This document shows, in pieces, positions 38,025 through 46,516 of a stretch of DNA of 62,937 bases. Below the pieces are notes generated by a model, which worked only from the letters and a program-made list of their open reading frames with translations, was not told the origin of the DNA and did not search any database. This stretch comes from an uncultured Anaerolineaceae bacterium. Its GTDB lineage: Bacteria; Chloroflexota; Anaerolineae; Anaerolineales; UBA4823. Position 1 is the stretch's first letter; each line of letters begins with the position of its first letter. Made by a program: the position numbers and the translations under genes. The stretch lies in the NCBI GenBank assembly GCA_964416175.1, contig CAYQDF010000007.1, positions 1-62,937 of the forward strand, in the 5' to 3' direction.

Positions 38025-38816
38025 TCACTTCCAGCGGGTGAGTATCGTCTCGCGCTGAAACAGCCGCACTGCCAGAAACACCATGATAGCGTCGACCACA
38101 GTCAATACAAGCGCAGCCACCAGGATGAAGGCGCGGTTGATGACGAATACCCCCGCCATCTGGCCAAAGAATACTCCGAGGATTGGCAGGATGATGATCA
38201 TCGAGACCTGCTCAGCGACGCGCGGATCATTCACCCGTGAGGAGACCATGACGCTGAAGGTCACGGCAAGCAACGCCATCAACGGCCCCACCAGGAAGAT
38301 GGCGACGAGCCACCTGGCATCCACGAACAGGAAGAAAATCGCTCGGTCCGTCACGAGGAGCCATGCTCCAAGGAGGAACAGCAAGAAGCCAGCCCACGTT
38401 GCGAGCAGGGCGGGGATGATCCCGGCCAGGCTCTTCCCAACCAGCAATTCGACGGTTGTCAGGGGAGTCGCCAGGAGTGGTTCGAGGCTGCGGTTGACCT
38501 TTTCGCCCACGATCGAATACGCGGCGATGGAAGCAGGGATCGCCAGCGGGATGATCATGAACATGATCATGAACTGGCTGACGAGGAACACCTGGAAACA
38601 TTCACCGCCAGAGAGGCCTGCCGGGCAAAGGGCGTCGAACTGGGTCGGCATATCCGTCGCAGCGCCAGCGAAATCCTCGCTCGATCTCATCCCATATAAC
38701 ACGCCGATTGGGATGGCGGTCAGGATGAGCGGCAAGAAAGCGACGGTAAACAACACATACCGGTTCTTGAACACCTCTGCCCATTCTTTGAGAATGATAG
38801 TCTGGATTTTTTTCAT
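38025..38816 (-). CDS. ABC-2 type transporter permease
   Basis: About six predicted TM helices. N-terminus ILKEWAEVFKNR is typical of ABC-2 permeases. Follows the ATPase gene. Confidence 0.75.
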   Translation of the reverse strand: MKKIQTIILKEWAEVFKNRYVLFTVAFLPLILTAIPIGVLYGMRSSEDFAGAATDMPTQFDALCPAGLSGGECFQVFLVSQFMIMFMIIPLAIPASIAAYSIVGEKVNRSLEPLLATPLTTVELLVGKSLAGIIPALLATWAGFLLFLLGAWLLVTDRAIFFLFVDARWLVAIFLVGPLMALLAVTFSVMVSSRVNDPRVAEQVSMIIILPILGVFFGQMAGVFVINRAFILVAALVLTVVDAIMVFLAVRLFQRETILTRWK

Positions 38817-38842
38817 GTTCGCGGTCTGCGGATTCGAGCGAG

Positions 38843-39751
38843 TCAGGCGTTCTTGACCAGCTGAAGGTAGACGTCTTCGAGAGATCGCCGCAGTTCACCG
38901 ACGAACTGGATCTCGGCGCCGTTTTCTACCAAAAGCTGGACCAGCCTTGGATTTTGATTTTCTGGGTCGTCGAGCGTGACCACAATCTTTCGATCGATAA
39001 GCTGGGCATCTTTCACGAATGGCTCTTTCTTGAACAGATCCAGGTATTCTGCTGCAGCCCGGCTGAGGTGGAAAACGACTTTCCTCCCAAAAACCTGAGC
39101 GCGGAGCCGGGCGGGAGAATCAACCACCAGAAGGCGGGACTTGAACACGCCAATCCGGTCGCAGATCCGGTCTGCCTCGTCCAGATTGTGGGTGCAGAGA
39201 AAAATCGTCCTCCCCTGCTTTTTGATTTCCAAAATGAATTCCCGCACCAGATGGGCAGCCTCGGGGTCCAGGGCAGCTGTGGGCTCGTCGAGAAATACCG
39301 TCCGTGGTTCGTGCAGCAGGGCGCGAGCTATCGCCAGCTTTTGCTTCATCCCTTTCGAGAAAGAGCCGGCCGGGTCGTTTCGGCGGTCCCACAGGTCAAG
39401 AAACCGGAGGTACTTTTCAACTTGCCCTTTTGGGTCCTTTACATCATAAAGGATCGCATAGATTTCCAGGTTGCGCCATGCACTGAGGTTGTCGTACATG
39501 CCTGGTGTCTCTGTGAGCAGTCCCACGCTTCGGCGGATGTTGGTGTCATCTTTGCCAATGGTATAGCCATTGACCTGGGCAGCACCCCGTGTCGGCGCGA
39601 TCAGGCTGGTGAGCATCCGGACCGTGGTCGTTTTTCCCGCTCCGTTAGGTCCGAGGAACCCGAAGACTTCCCCTTCTGGAATCTCCAGGTTCAACCCATC
39701 TACCGCGATGATCTCCCCGAAGTGTTTCGTCAGGTTCTCAGTTTTGATCAT
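38843..39751 (-). CDS. ABC transporter ATP-binding protein
   Basis: Walker A GPNGAGKTT, signature FSKGMKQK, Walker B VFLDEPT. Confidence 0.9.
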   Translation of the reverse strand: MIKTENLTKHFGEIIAVDGLNLEIPEGEVFGFLGPNGAGKTTTVRMLTSLIAPTRGAAQVNGYTIGKDDTNIRRSVGLLTETPGMYDNLSAWRNLEIYAILYDVKDPKGQVEKYLRFLDLWDRRNDPAGSFSKGMKQKLAIARALLHEPRTVFLDEPTAALDPEAAHLVREFILEIKKQGRTIFLCTHNLDEADRICDRIGVFKSRLLVVDSPARLRAQVFGRKVVFHLSRAAAEYLDLFKKEPFVKDAQLIDRKIVVTLDDPENQNPRLVQLLVENGAEIQFVGELRRSLEDVYLQLVKNA

Positions 39752-39754
39752 GCC

Positions 39755-40633
39755 TTAATCCGTGTAGCGGGTCTCTTCCAGGTTCTCTTCTGTGACTTCC
39801 GCAGGGGTTAATGAGATCGGAGGCGGTTGTTTGGAGATTGGCAGTTCGCCTTCAATCTCCTCTTTCGGTTCTCCCTTGTAGAGCATGGCAATAATCCCCG
39901 CGCTGGCCAGGCCGAATAGAGCGACGATCCCTTCGACGAGATAGATGGTCAAATTCCCGGCGGAGAACACGACGCCTGCATCGATCAGGGCGTGCCACAG
40001 GATCGCGATGAACAGCCAGCGCATCCGGCCTCGCACGAATGCCTGGAGCACTAGGATCGAGAGGCTGAGCTGCACGGGGAGCGCAAAGGCGCGTTCTGCG
40101 AATCCCAGCAGCGAATCGTACCAGTTTACCGACCAGTAAGCCTGTTGCTGGCTGCGAAGAAGATCTTGCTGCTCAGGAGAAAGCACTGCTGGTATCTCCG
40201 AGCCCTGAAGGGCGATCATCACCAGAAAGCTCAACAGGATCAGTCCTCCGACGATGATGGCTTCAAAACCTCCGTGCCCGGCGCCGTAGAGCAGGCCTTT
40301 TGACCAGGTGCGCGCCTCTTTTGCCCACCACCGGTAGCCCAGGTAGCGGGCTGTCTCTTCGAAGATCCCGGCGCTCAATCCGAGGAAGGCGGCGTTGAAT
40401 GCCAGCTGCCACCTTGCCGCCGGTGCTGGAAGCACCCCCTCCCGGAAAAGCAGGCTGACACCTGCGTTGAAGGGAATGTGGAAGACTTGTGACAGCAGGA
40501 ATACCGCCCCTCCAATCCAAAAGAGCCGCCAGCTCAGGTGGAACCGACGAGTCAGGAACGCGCCGGCCCCAACCGCAAGGCAGATGCAGAGTAAACCGCT
40601 CAAAAGGTAGGTTAAATAGAGAATGTTATTCAT
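39755..40633 (-). CDS. polytopic membrane protein, YhfC/CPBP-like intramembrane protease candidate
   Basis: Start set at ATG 40633 (MNNILYL...). Multiple TMs. FEETARY (EExxR-like) and WHALID (His) motifs. The family call is tentative. Confidence 0.5.
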   Translation of the reverse strand: MNNILYLTYLLSGLLCICLAVGAGAFLTRRFHLSWRLFWIGGAVFLLSQVFHIPFNAGVSLLFREGVLPAPAARWQLAFNAAFLGLSAGIFEETARYLGYRWWAKEARTWSKGLLYGAGHGGFEAIIVGGLILLSFLVMIALQGSEIPAVLSPEQQDLLRSQQQAYWSVNWYDSLLGFAERAFALPVQLSLSILVLQAFVRGRMRWLFIAILWHALIDAGVVFSAGNLTIYLVEGIVALFGLASAGIIAMLYKGEPKEEIEGELPISKQPPPISLTPAEVTEENLEETRYTD

Positions 40634-40735
40634 CCGGCCATCCTCATTGTACAGCAATGGGCATGCCTTGGGAAGGCGGTTGAAACTCGTCGTGCAACCA
40701 GCGGGAATTGAGGATCTCTTAAACATGGGTCGCTA

Positions 40736-40744
40736 TGGTAATAT
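40736..40744 (+). promoter_or_regulatory. extended -10 promoter of the CBS gene
   Basis: TGGTAATAT, 37 nt upstream of ATG 40781. Confidence 0.5.
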
Positions 40745-40780
40745 TACGGCGCGCAAGCAACCCACGCCGAGGAGGTCGAA

Positions 40781-41182
40781 ATGCCCTATAAAGTCCGTGA
40801 TTGGATGAGCAGTCCGGTGCTGGTGGTGGACCCGGACTCCACGGTTTCCTTCGCCCTCACCCTGATGCGCCGCAGGAATGTCCACAGCCTGGTCGTCAAC
40901 ATCACCGAAGATAAGCTCACTTACGGGATCATTACCACCACCGACATCCGGGATAAAATCATTGCCGCCGATCGCAATCCATCCGAAACGCTCGTCCGGG
41001 AGATCATGACAGCCCCGGTTTACACAGCCAGGCCAGACTGGACTCTGAAGGAGTGTTCCGTCAAGATGCAGCAATACAACATCCACCATATGCCGGTCGT
41101 CGATCAGAATGGCGTCTTGATCGGCTTGATTTCCGCTACGGATATCTTCACAGCCGCGGAGGAGATCGGCTGGGGGAGATAA
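40781..41182 (+). CDS. CBS domain pair protein
   Basis: Two CBS repeats (VRDWMSSPVLVVDP...HSLVV; VREIMTAPVYTARP...HHMPVVD). 133 aa. Confidence 0.85.
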   Translation: MPYKVRDWMSSPVLVVDPDSTVSFALTLMRRRNVHSLVVNITEDKLTYGIITTTDIRDKIIAADRNPSETLVREIMTAPVYTARPDWTLKECSVKMQQYNIHHMPVVDQNGVLIGLISATDIFTAAEEIGWGR

Positions 41183-41193
41183 CAGGAGTGATC

Positions 41194-41202
41194 TGGTATA
41201 AT
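41194..41202 (+). promoter_or_regulatory. extended -10 promoter candidate of pdhABC
   Basis: TGGTATAAT, 12 nt after the CBS stop and about 100 nt before pdhA. Confidence 0.5.
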
Positions 41203-41241
41203 TTTTCGATTGATTGCGGTTCTGGATCGCTTGATTTAAGG

Positions 41242-41272
41242 ATAACGCCGGGAGCATCCCGGTGTTATTTTG
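41242..41272 (+). terminator. terminator-like hairpin between the CBS gene and pdhA (possible leader attenuator)
   Basis: AUAACGCCGGG-AGCAU-CCCGGUGUUAU followed by UUUG. It lies downstream of TGGTATAAT (41194-41202) and upstream of the pdhA start. Confidence 0.45.
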
Positions 41273-41304
41273 AATGAACTGATATCTTGGAGGCCCATAT
41301 TCAT

Positions 41305-42264
41305 ATGGAGAAAAAAGAATATCTGGACCTTTACCACCAGATGGTATTGATCCGTCGGTTGGAGGAGCGCGCCGCAGAGCTTTACCAGCAGGGAAAGATC
41401 GGCGGTTTCCTTCACCTGTATATCGGACAGGAAGCCGTGAGCACCGGGATCCTCTCTGCTCGCCAGCCTCAAGACAACGTGATCACCGCTTATCGGGACC
41501 ACGGAGTGGCAATCAACGTTGGGATCCCGGCCCGGGAGGTCATGGCTGAACTACTCGGGAAGGCGACGGGCACCTCGAAAGGGAAGGGCGGCTCGATGCA
41601 CATGGCGGACGTGGGACGCAGGTTCTGGGGTGGGCACGCGGTCGTCGGCGCACACCTGCCGATCGCCGATGGGCTTGCCCTCGCCGACCAGTACCTGGGC
41701 AGAGACGCCATCACCCTGTGCTTGTTTGGGGACGGGGCAACTAACATAGGCTTTTTCCATGAAGCGCTGAATTTATCCAGGGTCTGGGATCTGCCGGTCC
41801 TGTGGATCTGTGAGAACAATCAATACGGGATGGGAACATCCGTCGAGCGGGCTTCCGCCGTGGTCGAGATCCGCCAGAAAGCGGAGGGCTATGACATCCC
41901 CAATGCCCGCGTGGATGGGATGAACATTATAGAAGTCCGCAAAGCTGCGGAGGAGCACATCGCCCATGTCCGTTCCGGAAAAGGGCCGTTCTTCCTGGAG
42001 GTCGTAACCTACCGCTATCGCGGCCATTCAATGGGCGACCCCGAACGTTACCGTCAGAAAGACGAGGTGGAGAAATGGCAGGCGGACGATCCGATCGGGA
42101 TTTACCAGCGCTACCTTCGCGATGAGAAAATAGCGACAAAAGTGGAGCTGGAAGACCTGGAGACCAGCGTCGAAGCGGAAGTGCAGGATGCCGTGGAATA
42201 CGCGGAATCAAGCCCGGAGCCGGCTCCCGATGAATTGTTCACGGATATCTACGCAGAGAGTTGA
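41305..42264 (+). CDS. pdhA: pyruvate (2-oxoacid) dehydrogenase E1 alpha subunit
   Basis: YRDHG, the TPP motif GDGATNIGFFHEALN..., and YRYRGHSMGDP. ATG 41305 is preferred over TTG 41287 (GGAGG 11 nt upstream). Confidence 0.9.
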   Translation: MEKKEYLDLYHQMVLIRRLEERAAELYQQGKIGGFLHLYIGQEAVSTGILSARQPQDNVITAYRDHGVAINVGIPAREVMAELLGKATGTSKGKGGSMHMADVGRRFWGGHAVVGAHLPIADGLALADQYLGRDAITLCLFGDGATNIGFFHEALNLSRVWDLPVLWICENNQYGMGTSVERASAVVEIRQKAEGYDIPNARVDGMNIIEVRKAAEEHIAHVRSGKGPFFLEVVTYRYRGHSMGDPERYRQKDEVEKWQADDPIGIYQRYLRDEKIATKVELEDLETSVEAEVQDAVEYAESSPEPAPDELFTDIYAES

Positions 42265-42274
42265 GGAAGCGAGC

Positions 42275-43246
42275 ATGGCAAAGATCACAATGCGGGAGGC
42301 GATCTCACAGGCCTTATGGGAAGAAATGGAGCGGGACGACCGGGTGTTCATCCTGGGGGAAGAGGTCGGGGTTTGGGGTGGTACATACGCAGTGACGAAG
42401 GGTTTTTATGACCACTTCGGCGAGCGGCGAGTACGGGACACACCGATTGCGGAATCGACCATTATCGGGGCTGCGATCGGGGCTGCCATGAACGGGCTGC
42501 GTCCGGTCGCGGAGCTGATGACGATCAACTTCGCCTTCGCAGCCATGGACCACATCGTAAACCAGGCTGCAAAGCTGCGCTATATGTTCGGCGGACAATT
42601 CACTCTGCCGCTGGTGATCCGGGCGCCAGGCGGCGGGGGGCGGCAGCTCGCGGCGACGCATTCCCAGACTCCGGATGCGATCTTCGCCCATTTTCCCGGC
42701 TTGAAAGTTGTCGCGCCCGGTACACCAGAAGACGCCAAGGGCATGCTGAAGGCTGCTATCCGCTCGGATGACCCCGTCCTCTTCATCGAACACGCCACGC
42801 TGTACCAGGTGCGGGGAGAAGTCCCGGATGGCGATTATACGGTTCCACTCGACACGGCAAAAGTGCAGAAACCGGGCAGCGATGTGACCATCGTTACTTA
42901 CAGCAAGATGCTGGAGGTGTCGCTGAAAGCAGCGGAGGTACTCGCGAGGGAGGGCATCGAAGTAGAGATTGTCGATCTCCGTTGCCTGCGTCCCCTGGAT
43001 ATGCAGCCTGTGCTGGAATCGTTCAAGAAAACCAATCGCGCGGTGATCGTCGAAGAGGGCTGGCGATCTTACGGGGTTGGCGCGGAAGTGGCGGCGCGCA
43101 TCTATGAGGAAGCTTTCGACTACGTCGATGCTCCGATCCGGCGCGTGGCGCAAAAAGAGGTCCCCCTGCCCTATAACCGGGCGCTCGAACAGATGGCCCT
43201 GCCTCAGGTGCAGGATGTGGTTGATGCAGTGAAGGAGGTGGTTTGA
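42275..43246 (+). CDS. pdhB: pyruvate (2-oxoacid) dehydrogenase E1 beta subunit
   Basis: Start at ATG 42275 (MAKITMREAISQAL...). Transketolase-like pyrimidine-binding domain (DTPIAES). Confidence 0.9.
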   Translation: MAKITMREAISQALWEEMERDDRVFILGEEVGVWGGTYAVTKGFYDHFGERRVRDTPIAESTIIGAAIGAAMNGLRPVAELMTINFAFAAMDHIVNQAAKLRYMFGGQFTLPLVIRAPGGGGRQLAATHSQTPDAIFAHFPGLKVVAPGTPEDAKGMLKAAIRSDDPVLFIEHATLYQVRGEVPDGDYTVPLDTAKVQKPGSDVTIVTYSKMLEVSLKAAEVLAREGIEVEIVDLRCLRPLDMQPVLESFKKTNRAVIVEEGWRSYGVGAEVAARIYEEAFDYVDAPIRRVAQKEVPLPYNRALEQMALPQVQDVVDAVKEVV

Positions 43247-44535
43247 TGGCGGAAGTGGTCATCATGCCGAAATTGGGTTTCGACATGGCGGAAGGGACGC
43301 TTGTCCGCTGGGTCGTTGCTGAAAACGCGCCCGTAGAAAAAGGTCAGGTCCTCGCTGAGATCGAGACCGATAAAGCCACAGTAGAGGTCGAGTCTTCATA
43401 CTCGGGATACGTTCGGCGCCATCTGGTCTCGGAAGGCGCCATCGTTCCGGTGAACACCCCCATCGCGGTCATTGGCGGCGAAAAGGAGGCGATCGATTTC
43501 CAGGCGCTCCTCCAGGGGACAGGGGTGGCGGAAGAAGCCATGCGCATAGAAGGCGCGGAGAAAGCTGCGCCTGCTGCTGAACCGGAAGCGCCGCGCGAGC
43601 GTGGGGACGGCAAGGCCCGGGAGCGGGGTGTGGAAGAAGAGATTGGGCGGCTGCCTGAAGGCGTGCGCGCCTCTCCCCTGGCGCGGCGCATGGCGGAGGA
43701 ATTGGGAATCGACCTGGCAGCTGTGGCCGGCACCGGACCAGGGGGTCGGATCATCAAGGCTGATATCGAAGCGTTCAAAAAGACCGCCCCTGCCGTCGCA
43801 GAGGAGGCAGTTGCCCCGCCGCCAGTAGTGGTAAGGGAAGTCCCTCCCGACAGGCGGGTGCCGCTCAGCAGGCTGCGGGCAGCGGTTGGTCGGCGAATGG
43901 TCGTCGCCAAGCAGCAGTACCCGCAGTTCTACATCACTCACGAGTATGACGTGGGCGCCCTGATGGCGCTGCGCGCGCAAGTAAACGCCATGCTGCCGGA
44001 CGAGGAGAAAACTTCGGTGAACGATTACGTCCTCAAAGGGGTTGCGCTGGCCTTGCGTGAATTTCCCAATTTAAACGCTTCCCTCGATGAGGAAAAACAA
44101 GAGGTCGTTCAGTTTGGGCACATTAACCTTGGGGTGGCAGTCGCGGTCGAGAACGGACTGCTGACCGTCGTCTGCCGGGATGCCGACCAGAAATCAGTTC
44201 GCCAGATTTCCCGCGAGGTGCGGATGATGGCAGCCCGGGCGCGCGAAGGTAAAGTACGCCCGGAAGATATCGAGGGTTCGACGTTTTCTGTGAGTAACCT
44301 GGGCATGTTCGATGTCGCTGAATTCATCGCCATCCTCAACCCGCCAGAAGCTGCTATCCTGGCAGTCGGTTCGGCAGTGGAAGTGCCTGTTGTAATCAAT
44401 GGAGAGATCCAGCCCGGTCTGCGCATGAAAGCCACCATCTCCGTCGATCACCGGGTCAGCGATGGTGCCGAAGCTGCCCGCTTCCTGCAAGCCCTTGAGA
44501 AATACCTGGAAGAGCCGCTTCGGCTCCTGGTCTAG
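43243..44535 (+). CDS. pdhC: dihydrolipoamide acyltransferase E2
   Basis: Lipoyl domain (EIETDKATVEV), peripheral subunit-binding domain (SPLARRMAEELGIDL), and catalytic DHRVSDGA. 4-nt overlap with pdhB. Confidence 0.9.
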   Translation: MMAEVVIMPKLGFDMAEGTLVRWVVAENAPVEKGQVLAEIETDKATVEVESSYSGYVRRHLVSEGAIVPVNTPIAVIGGEKEAIDFQALLQGTGVAEEAMRIEGAEKAAPAAEPEAPRERGDGKARERGVEEEIGRLPEGVRASPLARRMAEELGIDLAAVAGTGPGGRIIKADIEAFKKTAPAVAEEAVAPPPVVVREVPPDRRVPLSRLRAAVGRRMVVAKQQYPQFYITHEYDVGALMALRAQVNAMLPDEEKTSVNDYVLKGVALALREFPNLNASLDEEKQEVVQFGHINLGVAVAVENGLLTVVCRDADQKSVRQISREVRMMAARAREGKVRPEDIEGSTFSVSNLGMFDVAEFIAILNPPEAAILAVGSAVEVPVVINGEIQPGLRMKATISVDHRVSDGAEAARFLQALEKYLEEPLRLLV

Positions 44536-44587
44536 ATCGGGCAGCGCACGACCTTACCACAGATTCAGATAGAATACAAAAGCGACC

Positions 44588-45124
44588 ATGGATGAAGACC
44601 TTTCCCACCTGAAAAAGCGCCTGAGGGAAGAAGGCGAGAAGACCCTTGCGTATTTCTCAACGCTTTCCCATGACCGGTGGGAGATCCCGGTGTACACCGC
44701 GGGCTCTCGCTGGCGGATACGCCAGATCCTGGCGCACTTCATCTCGACTGAGCGGATCTACCAGCATTATCTGGAGGATGTCCTCCGGGGGGGCCGCGGC
44801 GCGCCGATGGACATGGACATCGACCAGTTCAACGAGGCAGAAGTCGCTAAAATTGGATCGCAAGCGGTCACAGACCTCCTCGAGAGCTTCCGCGAAGCAC
44901 GCGAGGAGACGCTCCAGATGACTGACGCCATGGACGCGGGGGATCTCCTGAAAACTGCACTCCATCCCTGGTTTGGCGAGCGGACGCTCGGCTGGTACTT
45001 GAAGCTGATCTACCGGCACAACAACCTCCACCTCCAGGACATTCGCCGGGCAATCCAGGCTGGTGAACCCGTCCCGCACACGGACGCCCACCGTGTTGGC
45101 CGAGATGTCAACCCTCCGAAATAA
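44588..45124 (+). CDS. DinB-family protein
   Basis: Four-helix-bundle pattern with a conserved His (ILAHFISTE ... HNNLHLQDI). 178 aa. Confidence 0.75.
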   Translation: MDEDLSHLKKRLREEGEKTLAYFSTLSHDRWEIPVYTAGSRWRIRQILAHFISTERIYQHYLEDVLRGGRGAPMDMDIDQFNEAEVAKIGSQAVTDLLESFREAREETLQMTDAMDAGDLLKTALHPWFGERTLGWYLKLIYRHNNLHLQDIRRAIQAGEPVPHTDAHRVGRDVNPPK

Positions 45125-45158
45125 TGCCCGCCCTCCTGGAGGTTGATTCCTTCAGAAA

Positions 45159-45728
45159 ATGCCCTCGGCGCAATCCGACCTCCGGTATCTCGAAGCTGCA
45201 ACCGGGCTGCTGGAAGACTATTTACTCTCGAAGGATGTTTACTGGCAGCTGGGAGCAGACGCCCCGGCTGGCGATCCGCCTTTCCCAAGTCTGACGCTCG
45301 GGGGGGTTCTATTAGCGCAGGCCCGGCTCAATGCGCGGGCGCTCGAGGGCGATCTCCGATCACGGCGAGACCGGATCAATTTCCAGATCGAAGCTCTCCG
45401 GATGAAATGGCGCGTAGCCTGGGAAAGAAAAGCCAGGGAGGAATTCTCAGCCAGGCTGGTTCTTTGGAGGAATTTCCTGGAGGATTACCGCCTGGACCCG
45501 GATTCGAATGCCGACCGTTATCCCTACGAGGTCGGCCGGAGGGTCATGCTCGACCTGCTGGAGGGGGAGGCAGGGCAGCTCCGAAATGCTGAACGGGAGA
45601 TGTTCTCTGGTCTCGATCTCATTTTGAACGCATATTTTCAGCCCGGTGATTTCGTTTGGGAACCGGAACTGGTGGGGGGATTTCCAAAGAACCGGTACAG
45701 CTACCTTTATGGCCGGTTGAAGGGATGA
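45159..45728 (+). CDS. hypothetical protein (189 aa)
   Basis: Codon usage resembles the neighbouring genes. No recognised motif. The 3' end overlaps the convergent gene by 22 nt. Confidence 0.5.
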   Translation: MPSAQSDLRYLEAATGLLEDYLLSKDVYWQLGADAPAGDPPFPSLTLGGVLLAQARLNARALEGDLRSRRDRINFQIEALRMKWRVAWERKAREEFSARLVLWRNFLEDYRLDPDSNADRYPYEVGRRVMLDLLEGEAGQLRNAEREMFSGLDLILNAYFQPGDFVWEPELVGGFPKNRYSYLYGRLKG

Positions 45729-46483
45729 TCGCCGCCGCGTTGTCCGTCCAGGGCAGAGTAGCGCTCCAGCAGTAAGTCCAACCCTTCCCGGTTTTGGAGA
45801 CAGGACGCGAAAGCTCTCACATTTCCTTGCGGTTCCTTACCCGCCAGAAGCAGGACCGGCATGTGAAGAGAGACTCCGGCGACCTGCACCTGGCGGACTG
45901 TGTCGTCAAGCCAGGCTCCCGGCATGAATCCAATCGCGGCCGGATCTGCAGCGACTGCTTCCAGCATGGCTTCTACTCCTGGCGCCAGGTTTGCGAATGA
46001 AGTCAGCCGGGACCCTCCGAGAATGGTCCCTGAGAACAAGGCTTGAAGTTCGTTTCCTTCAGGGTAGACCCAGACTGACACCCGGCTGTCTACCTCAACG
46101 AATCCTGCCCAGTTATCCTCCCGACCGGAGAAGATCGCCCTGAGATCGCCGATTTCGAGGCTCTCCACCGGATTGGTCCGGTTGACAACCACTGCTAATT
46201 CGTCCAGCACGAGGGGCGCGGCAAACCCGGTATTTCCCGGCGGGTTCCCCAACCACAAGGTGAGATCTGCAGACCTGCTGGCGACAGCGCTGGCTGGCAC
46301 CCGCTCCACGAACAGCACCGTGTCTGGCAGGGACTGGCTGCATTTCACCAGTGCCGGCACTGCGGGTTCCAACGAAGGGAGGATGGAGATTGTAATGGCA
46401 TCAGGTGTCGGGGGAATAATGCGGGGAGGAGGGGCGCCGCAGGCTACGAGCAGGAGGACTGCTCCAAGAAAAATCTTGTTCAC
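45707..46483 (-). CDS. PstS-like (PBP type 2) substrate-binding lipoprotein
   Basis: Lipobox LLLVACG. FSGREDNWAGF resembles the phosphate-binding-protein-like fold motif. Confidence 0.55.
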   Translation of the reverse strand: MNKIFLGAVLLLVACGAPPPRIIPPTPDAITISILPSLEPAVPALVKCSQSLPDTVLFVERVPASAVASRSADLTLWLGNPPGNTGFAAPLVLDELAVVVNRTNPVESLEIGDLRAIFSGREDNWAGFVEVDSRVSVWVYPEGNELQALFSGTILGGSRLTSFANLAPGVEAMLEAVAADPAAIGFMPGAWLDDTVRQVQVAGVSLHMPVLLLAGKEPQGNVRAFASCLQNREGLDLLLERYSALDGQRGGDHPFNRP

Positions 46484-46516
46484 GGTATCGGGAGTTGGTA
46501 AAGGTTCTGCGTGGGT

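Noticed and set aside
45707-45728. 22-nt convergent overlap of two CDS as a possible antisense regulatory site
   Set aside because: Short 3'-3' overlaps are common in compact GC-rich genomes. Similar overlaps occur at 14000-14013 and 55818-55829. There is no additional structure to suggest function.
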